NCBI GenBank assembly: GCA_965215885.1
Contig: CBDCEW010000036.1
Location: 1 to 64,000, forward strand
DNA: 64,000 bases
Direction: 5' to 3'
DNA from: Candidatus Moanibacter sp.
Lineage (GTDB): Bacteria; Verrucomicrobiota; Verrucomicrobiia; Opitutales; UBA2987
Below, one piece after another: positions 10,582 through 20,039 of this stretch. Under the pieces are notes generated by a model, which was not told where the DNA came from, searched no databases, and worked only from the letters and a program-made list of their open reading frames with translations. Position 1 is the first letter of the stretch. The number at the start of each line of letters is the position of its first letter. The position numbers were made by a program, and so were the translations under genes.

Positions 10582-11082
10582 CTAGCTATTCTGACGCGCG
10601 GCCATCTTACGGAATATCCCCGGGCCGTATATTTCTTTCAACATTCTTCGCCGATGTGCCACAGCAAGCTGAAATGCCTTCTTTTCCCCATATTTTCGGA
10701 TAGAGAAGGAGGTGCATTTTTGGACACCGGGGGTCGGCCTCCAGCTTACCGAATAGCAATCGGTCACGTTGCCCGAGGTGCTTCGTTTCGACGTGCGGCA
10801 TACTCCTAATACACCCGTCGTATTACGAGAATCGCGGTAGACAATGCGTCGACCTCGAGGTTTTGGGGGGATTTTTGCCAGTTTTGCGTATAATTCATCG
10901 CGGTATTCGCGTGCCATCTGCTGAGCTTTTCTCTTTCCCCCGGACTTGAGGTCGCTGAACAGTCTTGAGTAGGTTTTCCCGTTTCTGTATCCCCTCACGA
11001 ACCATCCGTGAGTTGATCCTGAGTCAATGCGACTAATTCCCTTATTCTTGGAATCTTTTCTTCTACGTTTTCTTTTAGCCAT
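10582..11082 (-). CDS. Basic protein with two AP2-like DNA-binding domains
   Basis: GISRID..HGWFVR..SRLFS..GGKRKAQQMAREYR and NTTGVLGV..YSVSW..SFSIRKYGEKKAFQLAVAHR both match the AP2 pattern. Confidence 0.7.
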   Translation of the reverse strand: MAKRKRRRKDSKNKGISRIDSGSTHGWFVRGYRNGKTYSRLFSDLKSGGKRKAQQMAREYRDELYAKLAKIPPKPRGRRIVYRDSRNTTGVLGVCRTSKRSTSGNVTDCYSVSWRPTPGVQKCTSFSIRKYGEKKAFQLAVAHRRRMLKEIYGPGIFRKMAARQNS

Positions 11083-11191
11083 TTCCAGATACGTGTGTTT
11101 TATGTATATTTTTTCAGTTCAATTTGTTCTACATATACGGAAGGCTCGATTCATACTTGGCATAAAATTCTTATATTCAAGATAAATCATC

Positions 11192-11373
11192 CTAGCCCGA
11201 ACATTTCACAAATCTTCTGCTACGACCGCGGATGTCACTGCGTCTCAAAGCCTTCCCTTGTCCGGCGACCTCAGAGGGTTCCAACACGCTGTCGCCCGCC
11301 GTGCTGCGGAAAGGCACTGATACGCAGCAACCTACGCAGTCTCACTACGAAGTGTGTGAAATGTCCGGGCTAG
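11192..11373. mobile_element. MITE-like 182-bp element with 19-bp terminal inverted repeats
   Basis: CTAGCCCGAACATTTCACA ... TGTGAAATGTCCGGGCTAG (18/19 match); no coding capacity. Confidence 0.7.
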
Positions 11374-11849
11374 ACCTCTTTCATGAATGCCCTTATGATT
11401 TTCTGTTCTTCCTTCGGCCTATCGTTCCCGTCAGTCGGAGTTTTTTCGATTTTCCTGACAACCTGATAGCCGGATTTGACATGCCCGAAGATGGTATGGT
11501 TCATGTGCAGCCATGGTGTTTTGGCTGTCGTGATGAAAAACTGACTTCCGTTTGTGTTGGGACCGGAATTTGCCATTGCGAGAATTCCTTTACTGTCAAA
11601 ATTGAGATTCTTGTGGCACTCGTCTTCGAAATTGCTGCCCCAAATCGACTCTCCCCCAGTTCCTGTTCCCGTGGGATCTCCTCCTTGAAGCATGAATTTG
11701 CGAATGACGCGGTGAAAGATGACACCGTCATAGTAGCCTTTTCCAATTAAGCCGACGAAGTTCTGGCAGGCTTTTGGAGCCTTATCCGGGGAAAGCTCGA
11801 TTTCAATCAGGCCCCGGTTTGTTTCGAGTACTGCTAATTTCGCACACAT
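11370..11849 (-). CDS. Cyclophilin-type peptidyl-prolyl cis-trans isomerase
   Basis: [44 protein letters not shown]. Confidence 0.96.
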   Translation of the reverse strand: MCAKLAVLETNRGLIEIELSPDKAPKACQNFVGLIGKGYYDGVIFHRVIRKFMLQGGDPTGTGTGGESIWGSNFEDECHKNLNFDSKGILAMANSGPNTNGSQFFITTAKTPWLHMNHTIFGHVKSGYQVVRKIEKTPTDGNDRPKEEQKIIRAFMKEV

Positions 11850-11853
11850 TGTA

Positions 11854-12267
11854 TTAAGTCTCAGATGTTTGTCTCCTGCATCCCATCTCTGATGTCGGAT
11901 GTCTTTCCGGATCCAGTGGTTGTCGCGTTATCAGAAACTGCTCCACTGGATGACCGCCGATGAGATGCTCATTGATAATACGTTCGAGTACGGACGGACT
12001 GCAGGAGTGATACCAGGTTCCCTCGGGATAGACGACAGCAATGGGACCGCCTTGGCAAATCCGTAAACAGTTGGCTTTTGTCCGGTAAATCCCTCCGTTT
12101 CCAACGAGGTTGAGTTCGACGAGACGAGTTTTGAGAAAATTCCAAGACTCCAATCCGACATCGCTGGCACAACATTTCGGTTTGCTCTGGTCACAACAGA
12201 GAAATATGTGCCTGCGGTTGTTCGCGATACCAAGGTTCTGTGCGATCTCCTGGAGTGCTTGGACCAT
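11854..12267 (-). CDS. Thioredoxin-like [2Fe-2S] ferredoxin
   Basis: [14 protein letters not shown]...[20 protein letters not shown]; start moved to ATG at 12267 to avoid overlap with the exonuclease. Confidence 0.88.
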   Translation of the reverse strand: MVQALQEIAQNLGIANNRRHIFLCCDQSKPKCCASDVGLESWNFLKTRLVELNLVGNGGIYRTKANCLRICQGGPIAVVYPEGTWYHSCSPSVLERIINEHLIGGHPVEQFLITRQPLDPERHPTSEMGCRRQTSET

Positions 12268-12275
12268 TGGCGATT

Positions 12276-12893
12276 CTAAAGTGCGGTGATGAGGTTGAGT
12301 TCGGAAAAGCGAAGAAAGAGCTGACGGCTTACCCAGGCATCGGTAGCAGCGTATCGAATCTGGGCGTCTGTTAGTTCCCTTCTGCTCCAATTGGTGATCT
12401 GAGCGCCTTTCGAGATACGGCAAGCCAGCAGTATCGCGGCCAGATTTCTAAGGCCGGTATTGACGATGCCGAGCTGTTGAGAGAAATCGCTTAGTTCGAT
12501 GAAACCGCTTGGAGTGAATTCGTTGAGCTCTTGCAGTTTTCGGATGTCGTCCCTTATCGCGACTCCAGCCTTCAAGATATCCGGGCTGCTGAGAATACTT
12601 AGTAGTGCCTCGGGCAATGTTCTATTTCTCAGTTGAAAAAGGTAGACGAAGCGGGAGCCAGCCAGTTGAAGAAGCGAAGGGGGATAAGCCTCTCCCTTGC
12701 GAAAAGTGGGGCGGGATTCGGTATCGAAACCGAGGACTTTCTCTCTCTTTAGCATTTCAACCGCGGCGAAGGTCTCATTGGGGCCATTTACGACCTCGAT
12801 CGGGCCTCTGTATCTCTTCAGCGGCAGTCTGTTTACCTCTTCCTTAGCGATGGTGGTTTGAAACTGAATTGTTGGCGGGGTAGCTTCTTGCAC
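12276..12893 (-). CDS. 3'-5' exonuclease (DEDDy, RNase D/WRN-like)
   Basis: LGFDTESRP (ExoI), QITNW, YAATDAW (ExoIII). Confidence 0.9.
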   Translation of the reverse strand: MQEATPPTIQFQTTIAKEEVNRLPLKRYRGPIEVVNGPNETFAAVEMLKREKVLGFDTESRPTFRKGEAYPPSLLQLAGSRFVYLFQLRNRTLPEALLSILSSPDILKAGVAIRDDIRKLQELNEFTPSGFIELSDFSQQLGIVNTGLRNLAAILLACRISKGAQITNWSRRELTDAQIRYAATDAWVSRQLFLRFSELNLITAL

Positions 12894-12914
12894 GTTTCCT
12901 TCAATTTTCGCTTT

Positions 12915-13901
12915 TTATATCTCAATTTCCAGACCATCGAAAGCGAGGGAGATAATCTCCGGAAAGCGGAGATCCTCCTGAATGCTTTGATGTTCACAGT
13001 GATAAACGTCGCTGTACATTCGGGTGTTAAAGAGAATCTCGTCAAGATCAGTATCCGAGGCGGTGGGTTCATTGTGAAACATGCAGAGATGCTTCACTCT
13101 GGCACGCGAGGAAATCTCTACCCCCATCACATTGCTTGAGTGGCCCCAGTCGGCTTTGTTGAATGTGGCATCGGCCAGAGAGTACATGGCGTCAAAAATC
13201 ATCAGATCGGCGTCTTGAATGAATGAGAGAAAGGGATAATCGGATTGGTAGGCGTCCTCTTTGTGCTCAGAGTCGGTTGAGTATACGACCGATTTCCCAT
13301 GAATTGAAAACCGATATCCGAAGGACTTGCCGGGATGGTTTTGCTCAATTCCGTGGATCTCAAGATCATCAATCTTGAAAGATTCGCCTATTGTCTTGAC
13401 GTCAAACTCGATATTGGCGCCTAACTGGTCAAAGGGGACGGGAAAACAGGGGGGCGACATCTGGGCTCGGAAGACTTGTGGAATCGATTCATGATATCCA
13501 TGAATTACAATTCGGTTTTCCGGGATATAGGCCGGAGTGAAGAAAGGAAAGCCCTGAATATGGTCCCAATGGAGATGAGACAAAAAGATGTGAAAGACAC
13601 GGCGCTCATCGCCATTTCTGTCCTTCAAATAGGTATCGGAGAAATCGCGGATGCCTGAGCCGGAATCGCACAGAATAATGTCCTCGGTCGAATCTAATAT
13701 CTCGATGCACGGAGTATTGTTTCCATATGTGTTCTTAATTGAAAAGGGTAGACTGGAGTCAATGAACTGGCGAATCGCCTCGGGCGTTGACAAATCCTGA
13801 CCTCGAGACGCCTCCAGGGCTTTTGCGATCTTTTCTCTGATAATTTTGGCATTTGTAGTGGCGGGTATTGAGCCGCGCGTTCCCCAGAAGTGTACTTTCA
13901 T
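12915..13901 (-). CDS. MBL-fold metallo-hydrolase
   Basis: WGTRGS, DSGSG, SHLHWDHIQG, TDSE, WGHS motifs. Confidence 0.9.
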   Translation of the reverse strand: MKVHFWGTRGSIPATTNAKIIREKIAKALEASRGQDLSTPEAIRQFIDSSLPFSIKNTYGNNTPCIEILDSTEDIILCDSGSGIRDFSDTYLKDRNGDERRVFHIFLSHLHWDHIQGFPFFTPAYIPENRIVIHGYHESIPQVFRAQMSPPCFPVPFDQLGANIEFDVKTIGESFKIDDLEIHGIEQNHPGKSFGYRFSIHGKSVVYSTDSEHKEDAYQSDYPFLSFIQDADLMIFDAMYSLADATFNKADWGHSSNVMGVEISSRARVKHLCMFHNEPTASDTDLDEILFNTRMYSDVYHCEHQSIQEDLRFPEIISLAFDGLEIEI

Positions 13902-13953
13902 TTTGCAAACCGTGAGAGTCTGGTGTGATCCAACTATTTTTTTGGATCAGGGA

Positions 13954-14694
13954 CTATTCCGTGGCAACATTACCGACAACCTCTCCAGTCTCTTCCGATG
14001 GCCTCGGGCTGCCTCCTTCCGGGAGTTCTCTGAAAAACATCGGTTTGATTTCATTCAATTTTGATTGGAGGGTCATCGCTACTACGGCAGAGAGGGAGAA
14101 TAGAATGTTTATTGCGTTGAGGTTTGCATCGCTCCTGGAAGCCGCTCGAATACGTGTCATAAAGTCCTGATTTACGGCTTGGAGTTCCTTGTAGAGTGTT
14201 CCCAATCCTTTAAGGGCGAGATCAGGGGTGTCACCCTCCTTGTTGATGAAATACTGTTTTACGAGGTATGAACCGACGACGCGGTAGATTGTCTCTTCAA
14301 CAGTTGCGAAAGGCAAGTGATAGTAGGCCATAGGCTTAAATTGAGAGAGCGTGGGGCAGGTGCCAGATGCCATTATTAATCCCAGAAGGGACTTCAGACC
14401 GGTCTGAACATCACAGTTCTTAACGTAATCGCGCTCCTTCGTCTTTACTCTCACTTCCACTCTTTCAAAGGAGAGTATGTCGGTAAATTGTTCCGCCACT
14501 TCCTCGATATCCACAGCCACCGGGCAGTGGTGGTGTATCTCGCTGCTTAGCGGACAATTCCTGCATTTGTGGAAGTCGAGTTCTGTCCAGGGAGCGTGGG
14601 TAGCTTTTTCCTTGGCGAGAGGTTTCTCAAGGTCCACCGTAAAATCGTAGACCTCCCCGTTTTCCAGATTGAATTCGCAGGAAAATTTAGCCAC
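13954..14694 (-). CDS. Conserved hypothetical protein (DUF6901-like, Cys cluster)
   Basis: WTELDFHKCRNCPL..CP and FKPMAYYHLPFATVEETIYRVVGSYL motifs. Confidence 0.6.
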   Translation of the reverse strand: MAKFSCEFNLENGEVYDFTVDLEKPLAKEKATHAPWTELDFHKCRNCPLSSEIHHHCPVAVDIEEVAEQFTDILSFERVEVRVKTKERDYVKNCDVQTGLKSLLGLIMASGTCPTLSQFKPMAYYHLPFATVEETIYRVVGSYLVKQYFINKEGDTPDLALKGLGTLYKELQAVNQDFMTRIRAASRSDANLNAINILFSLSAVVAMTLQSKLNEIKPMFFRELPEGGSPRPSEETGEVVGNVATE

Positions 14695-14864
14695 CAGTTT
14701 AAGATTGCTCCATACCCTGGACTGGACGTTTCAACAATGCGAGTTTGATCTCGTTCTTATTCGCCTCGACTTCTAGGAGCATTTGGATAGACTGTGTGAT
14801 TCATCCGGTTAAGTCAATTGACTTGAACCGTGGAAGGTTCCAAACAAGAACTGAGCGCATCTGC

Positions 14865-17381
14865 ATGTCACTACGAAGCTCCAAGCGTATATATTCTCAG
14901 ATTGCCCTGGAGGCGTGGTTTGAGCGACTCACCTCAAATTGGGAGCGCTATTTTAGTGATGAAGTACTGGCATCAGGGCGTTTAATATATCGAGAGGGGA
15001 CGATTAGTGAAATCGAACTTACCGCGGACGATGCGATTGTTCATTGCAAGCGAAAGAAGCAGGAAACCTATGCCCTGCTCGAATGGGCGGATAAGAAGCT
15101 CTCCGTACGCAGTTCTACGAGAGACTCTCGTTTCGGAAGATCTTTGGCTGCGGCTGGACTTTACGAAATTGAAGAGCTGGTTGCCGATGAGATTACAGCG
15201 ATACCAGGTAGTGTGGTAGATGGCAGCAACGGTAGGGGTAAAAAGGGCGGGAATGCCGCCACCGCGTTAATTTCCGAAGATAAGTCGGATGAGCAAAACG
15301 TCTCCGTTGCCCGGTCTCTTGTCCTGAGCTTCTCTTCCTCTTCTTTGGGGCTCAGCTTCGATGCTCATTGGAAGGATGAAAAGGGCCAACGTGAGGGCGC
15401 TCTCTTCCGGGACGGGAATCGGGCAGGAAGTATAAATTCGGAAGAACGGGAGAAGCTCATTCATCTCGCGATTGTTGCGCGTAGAGTAGGCTTCGAGCTT
15501 CGGTCGCATCGTCAGAATTATCTCCTGCGAGATCCTGATCGGATCGTGCCGTTTTTGCGGAATGGGATTCCTAAATGGCAAGAGCATTTCAAAGTGAAAC
15601 TCGATAAGGGAGCGAGGGCCTTGTCACTCGGAGTCCAGAAGGCTAAGGTGGAGGCGGAAACAATCCACGTGGGCGGTCGCTTTGGAATTCGATGGAGATT
15701 GAGTGTGGGTCAGACTGTTCTATCGGAATGCCAGATTCATAAATTCCTGCGGCGCTGTCGAGAGAGTGTAATCCTGCCGGAGATCGGGATCATTCGGGTG
15801 GAAGAGGAAGCGGGGAACCTTTTGGAAAGTTGGCAGGATTACCTCAGCAAAAATGATAATGCCGAAATTCCACGATACATGCTCTTTTCACTCTCTGGTC
15901 GGGATGAGATCCGAATTCATCTTTCACAGGAGATTAAGAGTTGGCGGGATCAGCTGGCTTCGCCTTCGCGATTGAAGTTCGATTTGCCCAAATTTCTACG
16001 TCCCTATCAACGGCGCGGAGTGGAGTGGCTTGCCCGTCTTTGCGACGCTGATTGCCACGGGCTATTGGCAGACGAAATGGGCTTGGGAAAGACGGTGCAG
16101 GTGGCCTCACTAATTGCCCTCAGACCGATTCACGGAATGAGTCACCTCGTGGTATGTCCAGCGAGTGTTGTACCAGTGTGGAAGAATGAGTTGAAGAGAT
16201 TTTTCCCCAAATTACAAGTCGAGGTTCTGAAGAGCGGACATACCTTTTCGGATAGCACGGAAGCAGCGATCTGGTTGACCAGTTATACACAACTGCGAAG
16301 ACATAAAGCACTGTTAGGAGAAATGGAATTTGGATACGCAGTGCTCGATGAGGCTCAATTCATTAAGAATCCTGAAGCCAAAGTTTCGGTCGCCACTACG
16401 AAAATCAGAGCGAAACACCGACTAGTGCTCACCGGGACTCCCCTTGAGAATCGATATTTGGATCTGTGGTCGCTGTTTCGCTACCTCATGCCCGGCCTTT
16501 TGGGTGGGAGGAGAAAGTTTGAATTGGACATGGCCGAAAATGGTAAGAGTGCTCCAGAGAGACTCAAGCAGCAGGTTGCCCCTTTCGTGCTCAGGCGCAC
16601 GAAAAAGGAGGTTCTGCAAGAACTCCCTCCCAAGGTGGAGATGGAGCTGATATGTCCTCTAACCGAACTTCAGCAGCGGGAGTATATCCGTCTTTCTGAA
16701 CAGGGATTGTCCGAATTTGGTAACAAACTCTCTCCCGCCCTGCATGGGAAGGGATTGGCCTTCTTTACATTATTGACCCGTTTGCGTCAGGTTTGCTGCG
16801 ATCCCGATCTTTTGCCTTGGCTGGAGGCGGACCTGAATCAGAGCGGTAAGATCAGTTTTCTCCTCGACAAGGTCACGGAAGCTCTCGCTGGCAGGCATAA
16901 GATTGTAATTTTTAGTCAGTTTGTCGCTCTCTTGAAACGAGTCCGCCAGGGACTTGAAACTAGAAGCAAGGAAGTCGCCATCTTTGAACTCACAGGTAAA
17001 ACCCGTAACAGGGAAGAGCCTGTCAGAGAATTTCAGGAAACGGAGCGCGGAGGCGTGATTCTGGTGAGCCTGAGAGCGGGGGGTACTGGAATCACGCTGC
17101 ATTCGGCCGATTATGTTTTCATTCTAGATCCCTGGTGGAATCCCGCGGTGGAGGAGCAGGCAGTCGATCGCGTCCACCGAATCGGTCAGAATCAGGCAGT
17201 TTTTGTCTACCGCATGGTGACTGAGGGAACGGTCGAGGAACGTATCGAATGCCTGAAATCAAGCAAGCGAGAGATTTTTGATCATATCGTGGGTGAGCTG
17301 AGCGATGTCTCCATCGTTGAAAACCATTTTCGCTCCCTGAGCGACCTGATCGCTTTGGTGCCGGGCAATAATCATGCATGA
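14865..17381 (+). CDS. SNF2-family helicase/ATPase
   Basis: LRPYQ, LADEMGLGKT, LDEAQ, LTGTPLEN, DPWWNPAVEEQAVDRVHRIGQ; start at ATG 14865 preferred. Confidence 0.93.
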   Translation: MSLRSSKRIYSQIALEAWFERLTSNWERYFSDEVLASGRLIYREGTISEIELTADDAIVHCKRKKQETYALLEWADKKLSVRSSTRDSRFGRSLAAAGLYEIEELVADEITAIPGSVVDGSNGRGKKGGNAATALISEDKSDEQNVSVARSLVLSFSSSSLGLSFDAHWKDEKGQREGALFRDGNRAGSINSEEREKLIHLAIVARRVGFELRSHRQNYLLRDPDRIVPFLRNGIPKWQEHFKVKLDKGARALSLGVQKAKVEAETIHVGGRFGIRWRLSVGQTVLSECQIHKFLRRCRESVILPEIGIIRVEEEAGNLLESWQDYLSKNDNAEIPRYMLFSLSGRDEIRIHLSQEIKSWRDQLASPSRLKFDLPKFLRPYQRRGVEWLARLCDADCHGLLADEMGLGKTVQVASLIALRPIHGMSHLVVCPASVVPVWKNELKRFFPKLQVEVLKSGHTFSDSTEAAIWLTSYTQLRRHKALLGEMEFGYAVLDEAQFIKNPEAKVSVATTKIRAKHRLVLTGTPLENRYLDLWSLFRYLMPGLLGGRRKFELDMAENGKSAPERLKQQVAPFVLRRTKKEVLQELPPKVEMELICPLTELQQREYIRLSEQGLSEFGNKLSPALHGKGLAFFTLLTRLRQVCCDPDLLPWLEADLNQSGKISFLLDKVTEALAGRHKIVIFSQFVALLKRVRQGLETRSKEVAIFELTGKTRNREEPVREFQETERGGVILVSLRAGGTGITLHSADYVFILDPWWNPAVEEQAVDRVHRIGQNQAVFVYRMVTEGTVEERIECLKSSKREIFDHIVGELSDVSIVENHFRSLSDLIALVPGNNHA

Positions 17382-18252
17382 GCAGAGTACCATCAGAGCT
17401 TCGGTTAAGCGAATCCATTCCGATGGTGAAAAAAGTGATTCAGATGTGTTGGCGGTCGAAGAACCTCTTGAAATTCGTCTGGCTTACACGCGAGAGGGCA
17501 CTCTCGTAAATAGAAGCATCTCGGTGACTATGCGTACACCGGGGCACGACTTTGAATTGGCCGAAGGCTTCCTTTTCACTGAAGGGATCGTCTCCAGTTT
17601 CCATGAGATCGCGAGTATCGAACGTGTGGAATCAAAGGAAGGTGTCAAGGACAGCGGAAATATTGTATGCGTTTGCCTTAGAGACGGTGTGTCTGTCGAT
17701 TTGAAGCGATTGGAGCGTCATTTCTATACGACTTCCAGTTGTGGAGTTTGTGGAAAGGCGTCGCTCGAAGCCCTCAAATTGCATTCTATGTTTCCAATCT
17801 CTCCTACCAGGCCCGTCGTCAGCTCGGCTCTCATTCACGAATTGCCCGCTATTCTGCGAGCGGAACAAGCGCTTTTTGATTCAACGGGAGGGCTTCATGC
17901 TTCCGCTTTGTTCGACGCGGAGGGCAAGCTTCTCCTTTTACGTGAGGATGTTGGTCGTCACAACGCGGTCGACAAAATCATTGGAGCGGCGTTGGCCGAG
18001 GATTGGATTCCGCTCGAGAGTCGCTGCCTTTTCGTCAGTGGGAGAACGAGCTTTGAAATCATGCAAAAGGCGCTTGCGGCGGGCATACCGCTTGTTGCCG
18101 GTGTCGGTGCGCCTTCGAGCCTCGCTGTCGAAATAGCGAATACTTTCCACATGACTCTTCTCGGGTTTGTGCGTGATAACCGATTCAACATTTACAGCGA
18201 TCCTCAGCGAATCCGATATTCTGCTGAGAAATCCAGTTGCACCGGCAGTTAA
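17374..18252 (+). CDS. fdhD: Formate dehydrogenase accessory sulfurtransferase
   Basis: VEEPLEI, TMRTPGHD, SSCGVCG, TGGLH, EDVGRHNAVDK. Confidence 0.95.
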   Translation: MHEQSTIRASVKRIHSDGEKSDSDVLAVEEPLEIRLAYTREGTLVNRSISVTMRTPGHDFELAEGFLFTEGIVSSFHEIASIERVESKEGVKDSGNIVCVCLRDGVSVDLKRLERHFYTTSSCGVCGKASLEALKLHSMFPISPTRPVVSSALIHELPAILRAEQALFDSTGGLHASALFDAEGKLLLLREDVGRHNAVDKIIGAALAEDWIPLESRCLFVSGRTSFEIMQKALAAGIPLVAGVGAPSSLAVEIANTFHMTLLGFVRDNRFNIYSDPQRIRYSAEKSSCTGS

Positions 18253-18365
18253 TTTGCTTATCGATACTCTAGGCATCAAAATTCGCCTCCTTCCCGCGGC
18301 GGGATTATCGTATTATCGAATAGGAGCCCTAGTAATCTTCAGCCCTGTGATCTCGAAAAAAAATC

Positions 18366-20039
18366 ATGTCTAGAAATCTGAGCTCCCTGTCGTTTAGGAA
18401 AGGAGTTGAGAAGAACCTATTCGAGCGAATGGTCGAATCCGCCCAAGAGACAGGTACGGCCGAATCGGGCGATCTCCATGCTCTGGCTGAAGAATACCTC
18501 ATCGGCGATGCTATTACACTGGGAGCGGTTTCCTTTTACGATTTCCTGAAGAAGGAGAACGAGGGAAAAAAGGCCTTTGTCTGCAACGGGACAGCCTGCA
18601 TGACGGCGGGCACCCAGGAGGCACTGACCCAGAGTCTAAAGAGGCATTTTAAAGAGGATGAAATTGGAGAGATCTGTTGTCTGGGCAGGTGTCATGAGAA
18701 TGGGTCCTTTCAGTATAACGGGACCAACTACTCCGCCAAGAGGGAGGAGGAGATCGACCGTATTATCGACGGAAAGCAAGTGTCTTCACTGGATGAATAC
18801 CGGACTGGGTCTAATCTGGATCCTCCCGTTTTAATAGCCGAGTTTCCCGGAATAACCGAATTTTACAGTTTGTTCAGGGAGCTGTTATCGCGGAAACCCG
18901 AAGATCTCCTGGATGAATTGAAAGCCTCGAAACTGCGTGGCAGGGGTGGAGCGGGATTTCCAACCGGCCTGAAATGGGAGATGTGTCGAAAGGCAAAAGG
19001 GAGTCCGAAATACATCACATGTAATGCGGATGAAGGCGATCCGGGCGCCTATATTGACCGCTACCTTATGGAAAAGCGTCCCCACGCCGTATTATTTGGT
19101 ATGATGGTGGCGGGCTATCTTGTCGGGTCTGAAATTGGAATCCTATATATTCGCGCCGAGTATCCGGATTCGATTGCCATGATTGAACAGTCTATCCGGG
19201 AACTGCAGGAAGAGGGATACCTGGGAGACGATATTTTCGGAAGTGGATTCTCTTTTCGATTCAAGACAATCAAGGGGGCGGGCGCCTATATCTGTGGGGA
19301 GGAGACGGCGATGCTGGCCTCAATCGAAGGGCGGCGGCCGGAGGTCGGCATACGGCCTCCCTTTCCCACGGAGGAAGGGCTCTTCGGAAGACCTACGATC
19401 GTGAATAATGTCGAAACTTTCTCCTGTTTGCACCACCTCTTCAAGGCAGGTGGCGAAGCCTTCGCCGATTCTGGAACAGAAGCCTCGACGGGGCCAAAGC
19501 TCGTTTCACTGGACGGGAATTTTAATCATCCCGGCCTCTATGAGGCAGAGATGGGTACGCCGCTCGCCGAGCTTATTAATGAAATGGGTGGTGGATTCAG
19601 TGTGCCGGTAAAGGCAATTCAGGTCGGGGGACCTCTTGGGGGAATCGTGCCGGTCGAGCGAATCGAAGACCTCACGCTTGATTTCGAATCTTTCAGTGAA
19701 AACGGTTTTCTTCTCGGGCATGGCAGCATTGTCTGCATTCCGGAATCATTTCCCATTCTCAAGTATATCGAGCACCTCTTTGAGTTTACCGCTGCCGAAT
19801 CGTGTGGAAAATGCTTCCCTTGCCGGCTTGGGTCCGTGCGCGGACAGGAGCTTGTCGAGAAAGCGCGCACGAGCGATTATAAAATTGACCCGGAATTGAT
19901 TACGGATTTATTGGATACTATGGAGATCACCTCCTTATGCGCCCTCGGAGGTGGCGTTCCTTTGCCGATCAGAAACGCATTGCACTATTTTAATGAGGAA
20001 TTGCGGCCCAATTTCCTGGAGAAAGAGGTAGCGACATGA
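18366..20039 (+). CDS. NAD-dependent formate dehydrogenase diaphorase subunit (NuoE-like 2Fe-2S fused to NuoF-like FMN/NADH domain)
   Basis: CNGTAC..CLGRC N-terminal cluster; LRGRGGAGFPTGLKW, NADEGDPG, GAGAYICGEET, ESCGKCFPCRLG. Confidence 0.9.
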   Translation: MSRNLSSLSFRKGVEKNLFERMVESAQETGTAESGDLHALAEEYLIGDAITLGAVSFYDFLKKENEGKKAFVCNGTACMTAGTQEALTQSLKRHFKEDEIGEICCLGRCHENGSFQYNGTNYSAKREEEIDRIIDGKQVSSLDEYRTGSNLDPPVLIAEFPGITEFYSLFRELLSRKPEDLLDELKASKLRGRGGAGFPTGLKWEMCRKAKGSPKYITCNADEGDPGAYIDRYLMEKRPHAVLFGMMVAGYLVGSEIGILYIRAEYPDSIAMIEQSIRELQEEGYLGDDIFGSGFSFRFKTIKGAGAYICGEETAMLASIEGRRPEVGIRPPFPTEEGLFGRPTIVNNVETFSCLHHLFKAGGEAFADSGTEASTGPKLVSLDGNFNHPGLYEAEMGTPLAELINEMGGGFSVPVKAIQVGGPLGGIVPVERIEDLTLDFESFSENGFLLGHGSIVCIPESFPILKYIEHLFEFTAAESCGKCFPCRLGSVRGQELVEKARTSDYKIDPELITDLLDTMEITSLCALGGGVPLPIRNALHYFNEELRPNFLEKEVAT

